64,000 bases of DNA from Clostridia bacterium (GTDB taxonomy: Bacteria; Bacillota; Clostridia; Christensenellales; CAG-138): the NCBI GenBank assembly GCA_017616435.1, contig JAFZYC010000078.1:29716-93715 (forward strand), written 5' to 3'. The first letter of the stretch is position 1; every line of letters starts with the position of its first letter. Below the pieces are notes generated by a model that saw nothing but the letters and a program-made list of their open reading frames with translations, was not told the origin of the DNA and searched no databases. Positions 1-9,800 of the stretch are shown piece by piece. A program made the translations under genes and the position numbers.

Positions 1-504
1 ATGTCCATATTCGGATGCCTTGGCGCCGAAAACTTCTCCTGCATGTATAAGATCAACGAGAAGACGCCCGAGACCCACAGGATGTATCTTGAGATCATCA
101 ACGAAAAGAACGGCCAGAAGGGCATGGAGGCGCTGAACAAGATCCGCGAATGGATGGAGAAGGGTGATGAAGACAGGAGGTTCAATATCGACATTGGCAC
201 AGATTATTCAATGGAGTACTGGATGATGCACTATACTCAGAACGAAGTCACGGATAAGCTCCCGAAGGATACTGACCCCGATTACTACAAGATAGTAAAG
301 ATATTCTGTAACGCCGGCCTTACGAACGACGTCAACAGGGCGAAGGTTATCACGGTAAACACATACAGCATAAAGTCGATAACCGAAGGAAGCGGCAGCT
401 ATACTTTCGCGCTCGATATCTCCGACAGCGATATGATCGATATAGAGAATCTGTTAAGCAGTTACTACTATTTTGATGACTCGATCGATTGGGAGTTCGA
501 ATGA
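1..504 (+). CDS. Hypothetical protein, probably 5'-truncated by the window edge
   Basis: Open frame from position 1 to TGA at 502-504 with plausible codon usage, followed by a terminator-like palindrome. No recognisable motif. Confidence 0.6.
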   Translation: MSIFGCLGAENFSCMYKINEKTPETHRMYLEIINEKNGQKGMEALNKIREWMEKGDEDRRFNIDIGTDYSMEYWMMHYTQNEVTDKLPKDTDPDYYKIVKIFCNAGLTNDVNRAKVITVNTYSIKSITEGSGSYTFALDISDSDMIDIENLLSSYYYFDDSIDWEFE

Positions 505-514
505 CACGACACAA

Positions 515-544
515 AAAGCCCCTGCGGTGCACCGCAGGGGCTTT
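515..544. terminator. Bidirectional intrinsic terminator between convergent genes
   Basis: Perfect 30-bp palindrome AAAGCCCCTGCGGTG/CACCGCAGGGGCTTT with A/T tails on both sides. Confidence 0.8.
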
Positions 545-554
545 GATGTTTCAT

Positions 555-1286
555 TTATTCGATCCCTACGGATTCTCCCAAGACCTTCCCGATGGAATCG
601 TTGATCACGAGGTTTGCATACCTGACGTAGGGCGTTTTCGATTTGTTGATCAATACGAGCTTTTCGCCGCGGTAGTAATCGATAAGCCCGGCGGCGGGGT
701 AGACCTGAAGGCTCGTTCCGCCGACGATGAGCATGTCCGCGCGCATGATATGCGTAACTGCGCCGTTAAGCGTTTCGTAATCGAGCCCTTCTTCATACAA
801 TACGACGTCGGGCTTTATTATTCCGCCGCATTCGCAGCGCGGTACTCCGGTACTGTTTGCAATGTACTCGTCATCGTAGAACTTGCGGCAGCGCATACAG
901 TGGTTGCGTTTGATCGAGCCGTGAAGCTCATAAACGTTCTTGCTTCCGGCCATTGTATGAAGCCCGTCGATGTTCTGCGTGGCGATGGCTGTGAGCTTTC
1001 CCTCCTTTTCGAGCTTTGCGAGGGCATAGTGCGCGGCATTGGGCTTTGCATTCCCGCTCATCAGGAGCGAACGGTAGTATTTGAAGAAGGTCTCGGGGTC
1101 GCGGTCGAAAAATGAGCGCGAGAGGAGCGTCTCTGGCGGATAACCGTATTCGCGTATCGCGTTGAAAATGCCGTTTTCACTGCGAAAATCGGGTATCCCG
1201 CTCTCTGTCGAAACGCCGGCGCCGCCTAAGAATACGATCCTGCCGCTTTCCTGTATCATGCTCTTTAACGTCTCTATCTCGTTCAT
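555..1286 (-). CDS. cobB: NAD-dependent protein deacylase, Sir2/sirtuin family
   Basis: GAGVSTESGIPDFRS, TQNIDGLH, HGS, CxxC...CxC zinc site, KPDVVLYEE. Confidence 0.95.
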   Translation of the reverse strand: MNEIETLKSMIQESGRIVFLGGAGVSTESGIPDFRSENGIFNAIREYGYPPETLLSRSFFDRDPETFFKYYRSLLMSGNAKPNAAHYALAKLEKEGKLTAIATQNIDGLHTMAGSKNVYELHGSIKRNHCMRCRKFYDDEYIANSTGVPRCECGGIIKPDVVLYEEGLDYETLNGAVTHIMRADMLIVGGTSLQVYPAAGLIDYYRGEKLVLINKSKTPYVRYANLVINDSIGKVLGESVGIE

Positions 1287-1318
1287 GATATCACCGCCTT
1301 CATATATTCTATGATCTG

Positions 1319-1346
1319 ATTATAACCTATACGGTCGTTTTGTCAA
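1319..1346 (-). promoter_or_regulatory. Sigma-A promoter of the sirtuin gene
   Basis: TTGACA-16 bp-TATAAT on the minus strand. Confidence 0.75.
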
Positions 1347-1380
1347 CTGTCAAAGCTGTATCGCTCTATCCATATCACTG

Positions 1381-1409
1381 TTGAAAAAAGCGCGAAAATA
1401 TGTTATCCT
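1381..1409 (+). promoter_or_regulatory. Sigma-A promoter of lpdA
   Basis: TTGAAA-17 bp-TATCCT with an extended TG, upstream of AAGGAGGA and ATG at 1438. Confidence 0.6.
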
Positions 1410-1437
1410 ATGCGCAGAACATAAGGAGGATATCATT

Positions 1438-2841
1438 ATGTGTCAGTATGATTACGATATAGCGGTATTGGGCGGCGGCCCCGGCGGTTACGTTGCTGCG
1501 ATCAGAGCCGCGCAGTACGGTAAAAAGGTCGCGCTCATCGAAGCGCGCGAACTCGGCGGCACATGCCTCAACCGCGGCTGCATCCCCACGAAAGCGCTCC
1601 TGCACTGCGCTGAGGTTTACGAGCAGTCTGTGAACGCAGCTTCATTCGGCGTGAACAGCTCGGAGATCGGCTTTGATTTCGGCAAGATGGCCGAGTTCAA
1701 GCAGATTACGGTAGATAAGCTCGTTTCCGGAATTGGAAGCCTTGAAAAAGCTCATGGAGTCAAGGTGATAAACGGATTCGGCCGATTGACCGACAACCAT
1801 AATATGACCGTTACCGATAAGGAAGGTACGGAGATCAATGTATCGTACGACCGGCTGATACTCGCGACCGGTTCGTCTCCCTCGCGTCCTCCCATCGAAG
1901 GCATCGACGGAAAGAACGTCGTGACCTCCGACGATATCCTCTCCATGCAGGAGCTTCCCGAAAGCTTCGTCATCATCGGCGGCGGCGTTATCGGTATCGA
2001 GTTCGCAACGCTGTTTGCAACTTTAGGCAGGCCTGTCACCGTTATTGAAATGATGCCTTCGATACTGCCTGGCGTGGATGCGGACGTTGTTCGTACCTGC
2101 CTTCGCGTGCTCAAAAAGAAAAAGGTCTCGATCGTCAACAACGCCAAGGTTACGAAGATTGAAGGCGGCGATACCGTTACCGTGAGCTATGAGCTGAATG
2201 GCGCGGTCAAGACCGCAGAAGGCGCATGCTGCGTCGTCAGCGTCGGTCGCAGGGCCGAAACGCGCGGCATTGGCCTTGAGGAGATCGGCGTCGAGTTCAA
2301 CAGGAACTTTATCGCGATCGACGATCATTGTCGTACCAATATCGATAACATATATGCGATCGGCGATATAACCGGCAAGATCCAGCTTGCGCATGTAGCC
2401 TCCGCACAGGGCCTTGTAGCGGCTGCAAACGCCGCAGGACACGATGAGACGATGAACTACGATGTAGTTCCCTCCTGCATATACACAAGCCCAGAGATCG
2501 CGTTTGTGGGCGTTTCAGAGGATAAGGCAAAAGCGCAGGGCATCGAGTACAAGATCGGGACTTTCAACGTCGCCGGAAACGGCCGCGCGATGGTAATGGG
2601 CGAGAACCTCGGTATCGCAAAGCTGATATCCGATATGGACGGCAAGCTTATCGGCGCGCAGCTCATGTGCCCCAGGGCGACAGACATGATCGCGGAGCTC
2701 GCCGCGGTCATGAAGCTCGGCGGGACAGTAAAGGACGTGGCGGATACCATCCACCCGCATCCCACTGTGAGCGAGGTCGTTATGGAGGCCGCGCATGATT
2801 GGGAAGGCCTTTGCTGCCACGGTATGCCGAAGAAGAAATAA
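1438..2841 (+). CDS. lpdA: Dihydrolipoyl dehydrogenase
   Basis: GGGPGG FAD motif, GGTCLNRGCIPTKA redox disulfide, GGGVIG NAD motif, C-terminal HPHPTVSE. Start moved to ATG 1438 behind AAGGAGGA. Confidence 0.95.
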   Translation: MCQYDYDIAVLGGGPGGYVAAIRAAQYGKKVALIEARELGGTCLNRGCIPTKALLHCAEVYEQSVNAASFGVNSSEIGFDFGKMAEFKQITVDKLVSGIGSLEKAHGVKVINGFGRLTDNHNMTVTDKEGTEINVSYDRLILATGSSPSRPPIEGIDGKNVVTSDDILSMQELPESFVIIGGGVIGIEFATLFATLGRPVTVIEMMPSILPGVDADVVRTCLRVLKKKKVSIVNNAKVTKIEGGDTVTVSYELNGAVKTAEGACCVVSVGRRAETRGIGLEEIGVEFNRNFIAIDDHCRTNIDNIYAIGDITGKIQLAHVASAQGLVAAANAAGHDETMNYDVVPSCIYTSPEIAFVGVSEDKAKAQGIEYKIGTFNVAGNGRAMVMGENLGIAKLISDMDGKLIGAQLMCPRATDMIAELAAVMKLGGTVKDVADTIHPHPTVSEVVMEAAHDWEGLCCHGMPKKK

Positions 2842-2852
2842 AAGAGCAATTG

Positions 2853-2884
2853 AAAAGTCCGCCGACTGTCCGGCGGGCTTTTTT
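2853..2884. terminator. Bidirectional intrinsic terminator
   Basis: AAAAGTCCGCCG-actgtc-CGGCGGGCTTTTTT between the convergent lpdA and UDG genes. Confidence 0.8.
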
Positions 2885-2891
2885 CATTCTG

Positions 2892-3479
2892 TTATAATTC
2901 TATCTCTTCACCGCGGTTGATCCTGTCGACAAGCTTCTTTGCCTGACACAGATCGAATACGAAATCGTTGGTGAACTCCTCACGCCGCAGGAGTGCAGCC
3001 GGGTGATATGTCGGAATAATGTAGAATATCCCGGCTTTCTTAACTCTGCCGCGCTGACGGGAGATCTGGATATCCCGGTCATATACGTATCGCGCGGCGA
3101 TCCTTCCAAGGCAGACGATAACTTTCGGCCTTACGAGCGCTATCTGTGCGCGAAGATAGGGGAGACACGCTTCCGCCTCATCGGGGAAGGGGTCGCGGTT
3201 CTGCGGCGGGCGGCATTTGACGATATTGCAGATATAGATCTTTTCCCTTTCAAGACCGGCTTCCTCCAGCAGATAGTTGAAAAGTCTTCCGGCCGCTCCG
3301 ACGAAGGGAACGCCCTGTTCGTCCTCCTCGCGGCCGGGGCCTTCGCCTATGAACATTATCTCGGCATGGGGATCTCCGTCCGCGATCACGATATTGGTGC
3401 GCTTTTCACAAAGCCTGCATCTGGTGCAGTCTTTTAGCTCTTCATATAACGTGTTCCAGTCGAACCTCAGCGTAGCCAT
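2892..3479 (-). CDS. Uracil-DNA glycosylase, family 4 (Fe-S)
   Basis: CxxCxLC, GEGPG, NIVKCRPP-NRDP, YHPAALLR. Confidence 0.92.
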   Translation of the reverse strand: MATLRFDWNTLYEELKDCTRCRLCEKRTNIVIADGDPHAEIMFIGEGPGREEDEQGVPFVGAAGRLFNYLLEEAGLEREKIYICNIVKCRPPQNRDPFPDEAEACLPYLRAQIALVRPKVIVCLGRIAARYVYDRDIQISRQRGRVKKAGIFYIIPTYHPAALLRREEFTNDFVFDLCQAKKLVDRINRGEEIEL

Positions 3480-3481
3480 AT

Positions 3482-4645
3482 TCAGCGGTTAAGATAGAAT
3501 GTGTGCGCCCTGCGGGAGATATCGCAGGTAACCTCGTAGTTGATGGTGTTGACCATTACGGCGACTTCCTCGGCGGAAATGCCGCCGTTGCCGAAGATAA
3601 CGACTTCGTCACCGCGCTTGACGTCGGAGCCGGTAACGTCGCACATGCACATATCCATGCAGACGCGGCCGATCTGCGGGAAGCGCTGACCGTTGATGGT
3701 CATGATCGCCTGGTTGGTGAGCCTCCTCGGGAAGCCGTCGGCGTATCCGATCGATATGACGGCGACCTTCATGTCGTGCTCCGCCTTAAAGAGCCTGCCG
3801 TAGCTTATAGTGGATCCTGCGGGGATGTCGCGAACCAGCGCGACGCGGGATTTGAGCGTCATTACGGGCTTCAACGGGCCTTCCTGAGGCTTGCTGTCGG
3901 GATACATACCGTAAAGGATGATACCTTCGCGAACGTAATCAAAGTGCAGCTCGGGGTATTCCATTATGGCTGCGGAATTGGAAACATGGCATTTCTCGAT
4001 GCTGATCCCTCGGGACAGCAGGCCGTTCCTGACATCGCAGTAATTCTGATACTGAGCCTTGGTATAATCGTATTGCTCGGGCGTGTCGGCCACGGCGAAA
4101 TGCGTGTAAAGACCGACAGTGTTGAGATTGGGCAGGTTGCAGATATGCTCCGCGTCGTCGATGGCCTTATCGATGACCTTGCGCCCGCCGACATGACCGT
4201 GCGCGTAGAGACCGATCCTGCCCATGCCGGTATCTATCTTGATGTGGACTTTGATCCTGACGTGAGCTTCCTCGGCGGCCTTATTGAGCTCTTCGGCATG
4301 GGAGACGTCGACGACGGTCTGCTCGAGATCGTAATAGGAGATCTCTTTTACGAAAATCGCGGGTGTGTATCCGAGGACCAGTATGGGTATGCTAATGCCG
4401 TTTTCGCGAAGCTCCAAGGCCTCCTCTATACAGGCGACGGCGAACATATCGGCGCCGTTGTCCTGAAGATACTTGCCGCACTCGACTGCGCCGTGACCGT
4501 AGGCGTCGCCCTTAATTACACAGATGACGGGCTTGCCGGATACGCGCTTTGCGTATTCGAGATTGGACTTCATCGCAGCGAGGTCGATCTCGGCCCATGT
4601 GCGGTAGCGGAGGTTGTTTTGGAATGTCACATTGTGAACGAACAT
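3482..4645 (-). CDS. alr: Alanine racemase
   Basis: WAEIDL, PLP lysine in VIKGDAYGHG, SYG catalytic Tyr, GYADG, GRVCMD. Confidence 0.93.
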   Translation of the reverse strand: MFVHNVTFQNNLRYRTWAEIDLAAMKSNLEYAKRVSGKPVICVIKGDAYGHGAVECGKYLQDNGADMFAVACIEEALELRENGISIPILVLGYTPAIFVKEISYYDLEQTVVDVSHAEELNKAAEEAHVRIKVHIKIDTGMGRIGLYAHGHVGGRKVIDKAIDDAEHICNLPNLNTVGLYTHFAVADTPEQYDYTKAQYQNYCDVRNGLLSRGISIEKCHVSNSAAIMEYPELHFDYVREGIILYGMYPDSKPQEGPLKPVMTLKSRVALVRDIPAGSTISYGRLFKAEHDMKVAVISIGYADGFPRRLTNQAIMTINGQRFPQIGRVCMDMCMCDVTGSDVKRGDEVVIFGNGGISAEEVAVMVNTINYEVTCDISRRAHTFYLNR

Positions 4646-4658
4646 GTTTCTGCCTTTC

Positions 4659-5732
4659 TTATTCCATGTCGATATAGTTTCTGTCGACGTACTTGCTTGT
4701 AAAGAGGTGGAGGAGCGCGCCGTAATCGGGAATGAAGCTTATCGTATCTCCGACATTGTATTCATGAGCGCACTCCGTGAGATTGACTATGAGGTGGTCG
4801 GAGCTAGCGCCGATGATCTCGACCTCGGGATCGACGGGAGTAAGACCGTCGACAGAAACGTCCTGACGGCCGATCGCTAGTATCGCGCGCTTCATCATTC
4901 CGCGGTCAGGATATTCGAGGTATTCGCCGAAAGCGTTGGGCCCTGATTTACCGATGGGCATTGAAGGCTTGGTCTGCAGCTCGACTATCTCGGCTTCCAG
5001 AACGAAGCAGTCGGTGTTAAGTCCTTCTGCCGGCTTTCCGATCGCGGTATCGTTTCCGAGCACGAAGCTTTCGCCGAGCCTCAGATGGTTGATGCCCGCG
5101 GGGACATCATGCGCCATGAGCAGGCCCAGAGTCGAGGAGTTCCCGCCCGAAACAACGGGTATTTCCTCGCCGAGATCATGTCTCAGCCTGTCAGCTATTG
5201 CGGCCAGCCCGCCCAGATTATTCTCGTCGGGGAGAATGCCGCCGTAACATGTCAGATTCACGCCTACGCCATACAGCTCGAGCCATTCGGAACCGGATAC
5301 GAACGACGCAGTCTCAAGTATCTTGGAATAATCGGTATTGAAAATGCCCTCGCGAAGATCGCCCATATCGATCATGAGTACTATCTTATGGACTTTGCCG
5401 TTATTCTTTGCGGCTTCCGAAAGAAGCATTATCGTCGACAGCTCGCTCTGCATTGAGATATCGGCGGAAGAAACGATGGCTTCTGCTTCGCTCTGCATGC
5501 CGATCCTGAGGAGCAGTTTGGGCTTGTTTGCCTTCATCCCCGCAAGGTTCTGTATGCGCGAATCCGCAAACATATCCGCGGAGCTTTTATCGATCAGCCC
5601 AACTATCCGTTCGTCCGCGCAGAATACTTTGGTCACGATTGCGACCGAAATACCCTGAGAATGACAGAGCTCTGTCAGAAAATCGAGATTTTGCTTAAGC
5701 TTGTTAAGATAAATATTGATTCTCGGGAACAT
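4659..5732 (-). CDS. orr: Ornithine racemase
   Basis: VTKVFCA PLP lysine, DMGDLREG, SGGNSS, RLGES; lies in the ornithine operon. Start set at ATG 5732 behind GGAGG. Confidence 0.88.
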   Translation of the reverse strand: MFPRINIYLNKLKQNLDFLTELCHSQGISVAIVTKVFCADERIVGLIDKSSADMFADSRIQNLAGMKANKPKLLLRIGMQSEAEAIVSSADISMQSELSTIMLLSEAAKNNGKVHKIVLMIDMGDLREGIFNTDYSKILETASFVSGSEWLELYGVGVNLTCYGGILPDENNLGGLAAIADRLRHDLGEEIPVVSGGNSSTLGLLMAHDVPAGINHLRLGESFVLGNDTAIGKPAEGLNTDCFVLEAEIVELQTKPSMPIGKSGPNAFGEYLEYPDRGMMKRAILAIGRQDVSVDGLTPVDPEVEIIGASSDHLIVNLTECAHEYNVGDTISFIPDYGALLHLFTSKYVDRNYIDME

Positions 5733-5743
5733 GTTTCCTCCGG

Positions 5744-7108
5744 TCAATCGAGCCCGAGGCTCTGCTTCATGAGCAGAAGCGCCGCTTCGGGATACTGCTT
5801 GCTCAGAACGCCGAGCGAAGCCATAATGTAATGGTCGTCATACAGGAGCTTCAGTACGGAAGGTTTGGGGAAGAGCATCATTCCGTTCTCGTTGGAATCG
5901 GCGATGCTGCGCATTATCGACCGCCTTTCCGGCAGCCGGGTCAGCGCTCCGCCCGTCGCGACAAGGTATTTGAGCTTCGTCAGATCCTTGCCTTCCGCGA
6001 TAGTCTGGCGGCCGCGCGGGGTATAGATATAACGCAGCGCGCCGGCGTGCCTTTCGATAGACGTCTTTCCAGCAGCTAAGCAAAGCCTCTGTGTGAGCTT
6101 GAACTGCTCCTCGGTATCGGGGATGGGCTTGTAATGCTCCATGACTGCGTCTATATCGAGGCCGAGCTCTTTTTCCAGCTTTTCGCGGCCGATCATGTCG
6201 ATAACGTTGTGTGCGTTCACATACATTCCGAGGTCGCCCTCAACAGTGCGCTTTGCGAAAGGCTCGGGTGTGGTTTGTATCGTAGCAATCTCGTCCGATC
6301 CCGCTGTGACGGAATGAACGTCCGTCGTTGCACCGCCGATATCTATGACGGCAAGATCGCCTATCTCGTTATAGAGGAGCTGAGCCGCTTCCATAACGGC
6401 GCCAGGGGTGGGGATGATATTGCCCTTGACCATGTCGCGGACATGCTCCATGCCCGCAGCCTTGACGATGTGCTCCTCGAAAACCTTGTGAATGATCTTT
6501 CTTGCGGGCTCGATGTTCAAAAGATCGAGTTTGGGGTAAACGTTTTCGGTTATGTAAAGGGGTATATCCGTCCCCTTGAATATTTCCGTGATCAGATGAT
6601 GGTTCTGAATATTGCCGCCGTAGATGACGGGGACCTTTAGCCCGGAGGCGGCGATCTTTTTTGCGTTCTCGATCGCGGTCTCCCGCTCGCCGTAATCGGT
6701 CCCGCCGGCAAGCAGTATAAGATTGGGGTTGATGGCCTTGACGTCTTCGATATCGTAATCAGACATTTTCCCGGCAGTCGCGTGCTTGATGATCGCACCG
6801 GCGCCGAGAGCCGCAGCCCTTGCTGCTTTTACGGTCATATCGTACACGAGGCCGTGTACGGTCATGCGAAGTCCGCCCGCCGCGCTGGACGTTGCGAACG
6901 CAATACCGTAATCAACATGATCCGTATTGAGATTCTTAGCGAGATCGTCGATAGCGGAGCTCAAGCCAACTCGTACGTCGCCCTCCAGAACGGAGGTAGG
7001 CGCCTGCCCCTGACCGATAAAGCGCGGTGAATCAGTGCCGATGCCGTTGAACGCATTGACAAGGGTAGTCGTTGATCCGATCTCATAAACAAGGATGTCG
7101 ATATTCAT
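5744..7108 (-). CDS. GlmL/MutL(glutamate mutase)-like reactivating factor for the B12-dependent ornithine aminomutase
   Basis: EIGSTTT, ATSSAAGGLRM, LAGGTDYG, DIGGATTD, KRTVEGDLG actin-like ATPase motifs; directly after oraE. Start could be ATG 7108 or TTG 7123. Confidence 0.88.
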   Translation of the reverse strand: MNIDILVYEIGSTTTLVNAFNGIGTDSPRFIGQGQAPTSVLEGDVRVGLSSAIDDLAKNLNTDHVDYGIAFATSSAAGGLRMTVHGLVYDMTVKAARAAALGAGAIIKHATAGKMSDYDIEDVKAINPNLILLAGGTDYGERETAIENAKKIAASGLKVPVIYGGNIQNHHLITEIFKGTDIPLYITENVYPKLDLLNIEPARKIIHKVFEEHIVKAAGMEHVRDMVKGNIIPTPGAVMEAAQLLYNEIGDLAVIDIGGATTDVHSVTAGSDEIATIQTTPEPFAKRTVEGDLGMYVNAHNVIDMIGREKLEKELGLDIDAVMEHYKPIPDTEEQFKLTQRLCLAAGKTSIERHAGALRYIYTPRGRQTIAEGKDLTKLKYLVATGGALTRLPERRSIMRSIADSNENGMMLFPKPSVLKLLYDDHYIMASLGVLSKQYPEAALLLMKQSLGLD

Positions 7109-7124
7109 TCGTTTTTCCCGCAAA

Positions 7125-7154
7125 CGGGAACCGCTGCGTCAACAGCGGCTCCCG
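7125..7154 (-). terminator. Intra-operon stem-loop between oraE and the reactivase gene
   Basis: 12-bp stem CGGGAGCCGCTG/CAGCGGTTCCCG (one G-U) with a 6-nt loop, followed by only TTT. Confidence 0.5.
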
Positions 7155-7179
7155 ATCAAGTATCCAGTGGGGTGAGGGA

Positions 7180-9405
7180 TCACATCTTGCCCTCTTTTTC
7201 CATTTCCCATCTCTTCTTTACAAGGAATGTTGCGTTATGAACGCCGTGACTGCCGCGGCCAAAGCCTTCGTCCGCGCCGGCCTTCCTCGCAAGTTCGGGT
7301 GTTACCTGCGTGCCGCCCGCGATGAATATGATCTTATCACGTATACCCATCTCGCGGCAGATCTGATCGATCTTCGCGATGTTCTTGTAATGGATATCGT
7401 CATGGCTGATTATTGTGGAAGCCATGATCGCGTCCGCGTGAGTTTCGATAGCCGCGTTGACGAGTTTCTCAGGCGGGCAGGAGGTACCGAGATATACGAC
7501 CTCCATACCGTACTTTTCGATGCCGCCGTGCTTGATATCGATTATCTCGCGCAGACCGACCGAATGCTCATCCTCGCCGACGGTAGCGGCGACGATCTTC
7601 ATGGGTCTGCGTTCGATATCGGCGCGGATCTCTTCGTCTGAGAGCACATCGGGCTCCTTGGGGATGACGAGCGAATCGACGTCGATCTCAAAGGGGACCT
7701 TGCCCTTGACCTCGATACGCGTGCCGTCCTGCGGATGCATGATCTCGCGCGAGATCACTTCACATTCGACGAGGTTCATTCGCTTCGCACATTCAAGTGC
7801 CGCAGCCTCGGCAATGGGCTTGGGAGCGGGGAAGAACATCGTGAGCATAACGGTTCCGTCAGCAAGCCATTCCATCTCCGGGCGGATCTTTTTGCCGCCG
7901 GGAGTGAACTCCTTCGTCTCGGCCATACGGACGTTGACGTTGTCGTTGTCGTCGAGCTCATCTATGTAGATGATCTTATCGGGGCACTCCAGAGTACAGC
8001 CGCCGATGAGCGCCGCGGGATCTGCGGGATCTCCGCCGTACTGCTCGACGTTGTTGTAGCCGTAATGAGCGGTAACGGGAGCCATGTACTGCTTGTCGCG
8101 CTTTACAATGGTGCCCGCGCCTATGCCGCCGTTTATCTTCCTGGCGATGCCGTCGCCGTTGCGCTCGGGATAGATGCCGGAGTCTACGAAGAAACCTTCC
8201 TCAACGGCAGCGAAATAACCGCCGAGCTCGAGCATTTCCTCCATGAACATGACGGCCCTTTCCTTGAGCTCACGGGCCTTTTCCCTGAGATAACCGTCCT
8301 TCTTGAGCTCGACCATCTCCATAAGCCCGTCCATACCGATGAGCGCCTGCTTCGCAGTATCGCAGGCTTCGATATTGTAGATGTGCCAGGGCACGTTTCG
8401 GCCTTCATCGGGGGTGATGGTGGACTGGATATCCGCGCTCGTCAGCTTGGAGATTACCATGTTTAGAACGTGGGTAACGGTCGCCTCACGGGTAGAGGAT
8501 TCGATGTACTTGGTGTTCATCTGCGCCCTCATGCGGTACTCGTGGAAGAGATCGCGCAGAGCTACCGCGTAGGGCAGATCCATGTGGATACAGGGCGCGG
8601 GAGTCGCGGTAGGGGGAACGGTGGAAAGGCAGATGTTTTTCTTGGGAACGCCGACCCTCGCGGAGAATATGGCGTTGATGCCGTGCTGCACCATGAGCTC
8701 GGGCATGACCTTCCATGCCTCGCGGGCGGTCGCGTTCGCGTTGTGCGCGCCGTCGATCTGCGCCATGCCTGCCCAGGCGATGAGCTTCTTCGATTCGCAG
8801 GCGTCTACGAACGAACGCATCATGTTGATATTGCGGTAGATGACGTTGTACTGCGGATCCTGATGGACGCCGTTGACGCCTTCCTCAGCAAACATGACGG
8901 CGATATCGGGACCGGCGACGCCGGAAACGTAGCTGTGATAATTTATGGGCCTGCCGACCTCGTCCTCGATCATGTCGAGGGCTTTGCGCTGAGCCCTGAC
9001 CTGCTTACGCGTGATGGGAACGCCGCCCATGCCCTGAGGAGTACCCTCTATAAGCCCGTCAAAATGGCTCTGACCGGCTGTACGGATGACCATTATATGA
9101 TCAGCGCCGTGGTGCGCAGCCATGCGCATACGGCGTATATCGTCCTCAAAACGGCCGGACGCGATCTCCGTGGTAATAACGGGAGCGGGCTGCGGGTCGA
9201 TGTCGCCAAAATAGTGAGCGGGGGGCAGGGGAACGGAGGATTTCAAAGGCTCCGTGGCATCCTGATACTCGAAGGGCCCCATGTGAAGGTTCGGAACGGG
9301 CTTGCGCCAGGTCCAACCCCTGCGGCGCGGACGGTACTTGTCAAGATCCTTTAATATCTCGGCTACATTGATGGGTGCATCGGGAGAAAGTTTGTAATCG
9401 CTCAT
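7180..9405 (-). CDS. oraE: D-ornithine 4,5-aminomutase, large subunit (AdoCbl/PLP)
   Basis: 741 aa; IASGRFEDDIRRMRMAAHHGADH; DEHSVG cobalamin-binding motif; DIKHGGIE PLP lysine. Confidence 0.96.
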   Translation of the reverse strand: MSDYKLSPDAPINVAEILKDLDKYRPRRRGWTWRKPVPNLHMGPFEYQDATEPLKSSVPLPPAHYFGDIDPQPAPVITTEIASGRFEDDIRRMRMAAHHGADHIMVIRTAGQSHFDGLIEGTPQGMGGVPITRKQVRAQRKALDMIEDEVGRPINYHSYVSGVAGPDIAVMFAEEGVNGVHQDPQYNVIYRNINMMRSFVDACESKKLIAWAGMAQIDGAHNANATAREAWKVMPELMVQHGINAIFSARVGVPKKNICLSTVPPTATPAPCIHMDLPYAVALRDLFHEYRMRAQMNTKYIESSTREATVTHVLNMVISKLTSADIQSTITPDEGRNVPWHIYNIEACDTAKQALIGMDGLMEMVELKKDGYLREKARELKERAVMFMEEMLELGGYFAAVEEGFFVDSGIYPERNGDGIARKINGGIGAGTIVKRDKQYMAPVTAHYGYNNVEQYGGDPADPAALIGGCTLECPDKIIYIDELDDNDNVNVRMAETKEFTPGGKKIRPEMEWLADGTVMLTMFFPAPKPIAEAAALECAKRMNLVECEVISREIMHPQDGTRIEVKGKVPFEIDVDSLVIPKEPDVLSDEEIRADIERRPMKIVAATVGEDEHSVGLREIIDIKHGGIEKYGMEVVYLGTSCPPEKLVNAAIETHADAIMASTIISHDDIHYKNIAKIDQICREMGIRDKIIFIAGGTQVTPELARKAGADEGFGRGSHGVHNATFLVKKRWEMEKEGKM

Positions 9406-9770
9406 TATTCGTTACCTCCCTTGAAAAGATCGGTGGCGTCATCCCAAAGATTGCCGTTCGCAAGCTCAAGACCGGCGGGACGTATCTCCAAACCCTTTGC
9501 TTTAGCTAGACGATAGACCACGTTGCCCGCGCCGTAGCACATCAAAGAGCGCTCGACGCAGCCCTCGACTATGGCTTTCGCTTCGATGGAAGAGAAGCCC
9601 ATGCGAAGAAGGACGCTTCGCTCGATGGCGGGGGACGTGTACTCTTTTCCCATCTCTAGGAGCGGATCGACGAGCTTGTTCGCAAGCTCCCAGAAGCGCT
9701 GCTCCAGCTGCTCGTCTGAAAGATCCTTCAGATGCTCATGGCGATCTTTAAAATCGTCGTCACGTTTCAT
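9405..9770 (-). CDS. oraS: D-ornithine 4,5-aminomutase, small subunit
   Basis: 121 aa; RFWEL, TSPAIERSVLLRMGFSSIEAK; stop overlaps the oraE start. Confidence 0.95.
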   Translation of the reverse strand: MKRDDDFKDRHEHLKDLSDEQLEQRFWELANKLVDPLLEMGKEYTSPAIERSVLLRMGFSSIEAKAIVEGCVERSLMCYGAGNVVYRLAKAKGLEIRPAGLELANGNLWDDATDLFKGGNE

Positions 9771-9800
9771 AACTGCAATTCCTCCGTGTTAATATGTTTA

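Noticed and set aside
5744-7108. MutL as a mismatch-repair gene
   Set aside because: The motifs are those of the GlmL/glutamate-mutase MutL reactivase family, not the GHKL mismatch-repair ATPase.
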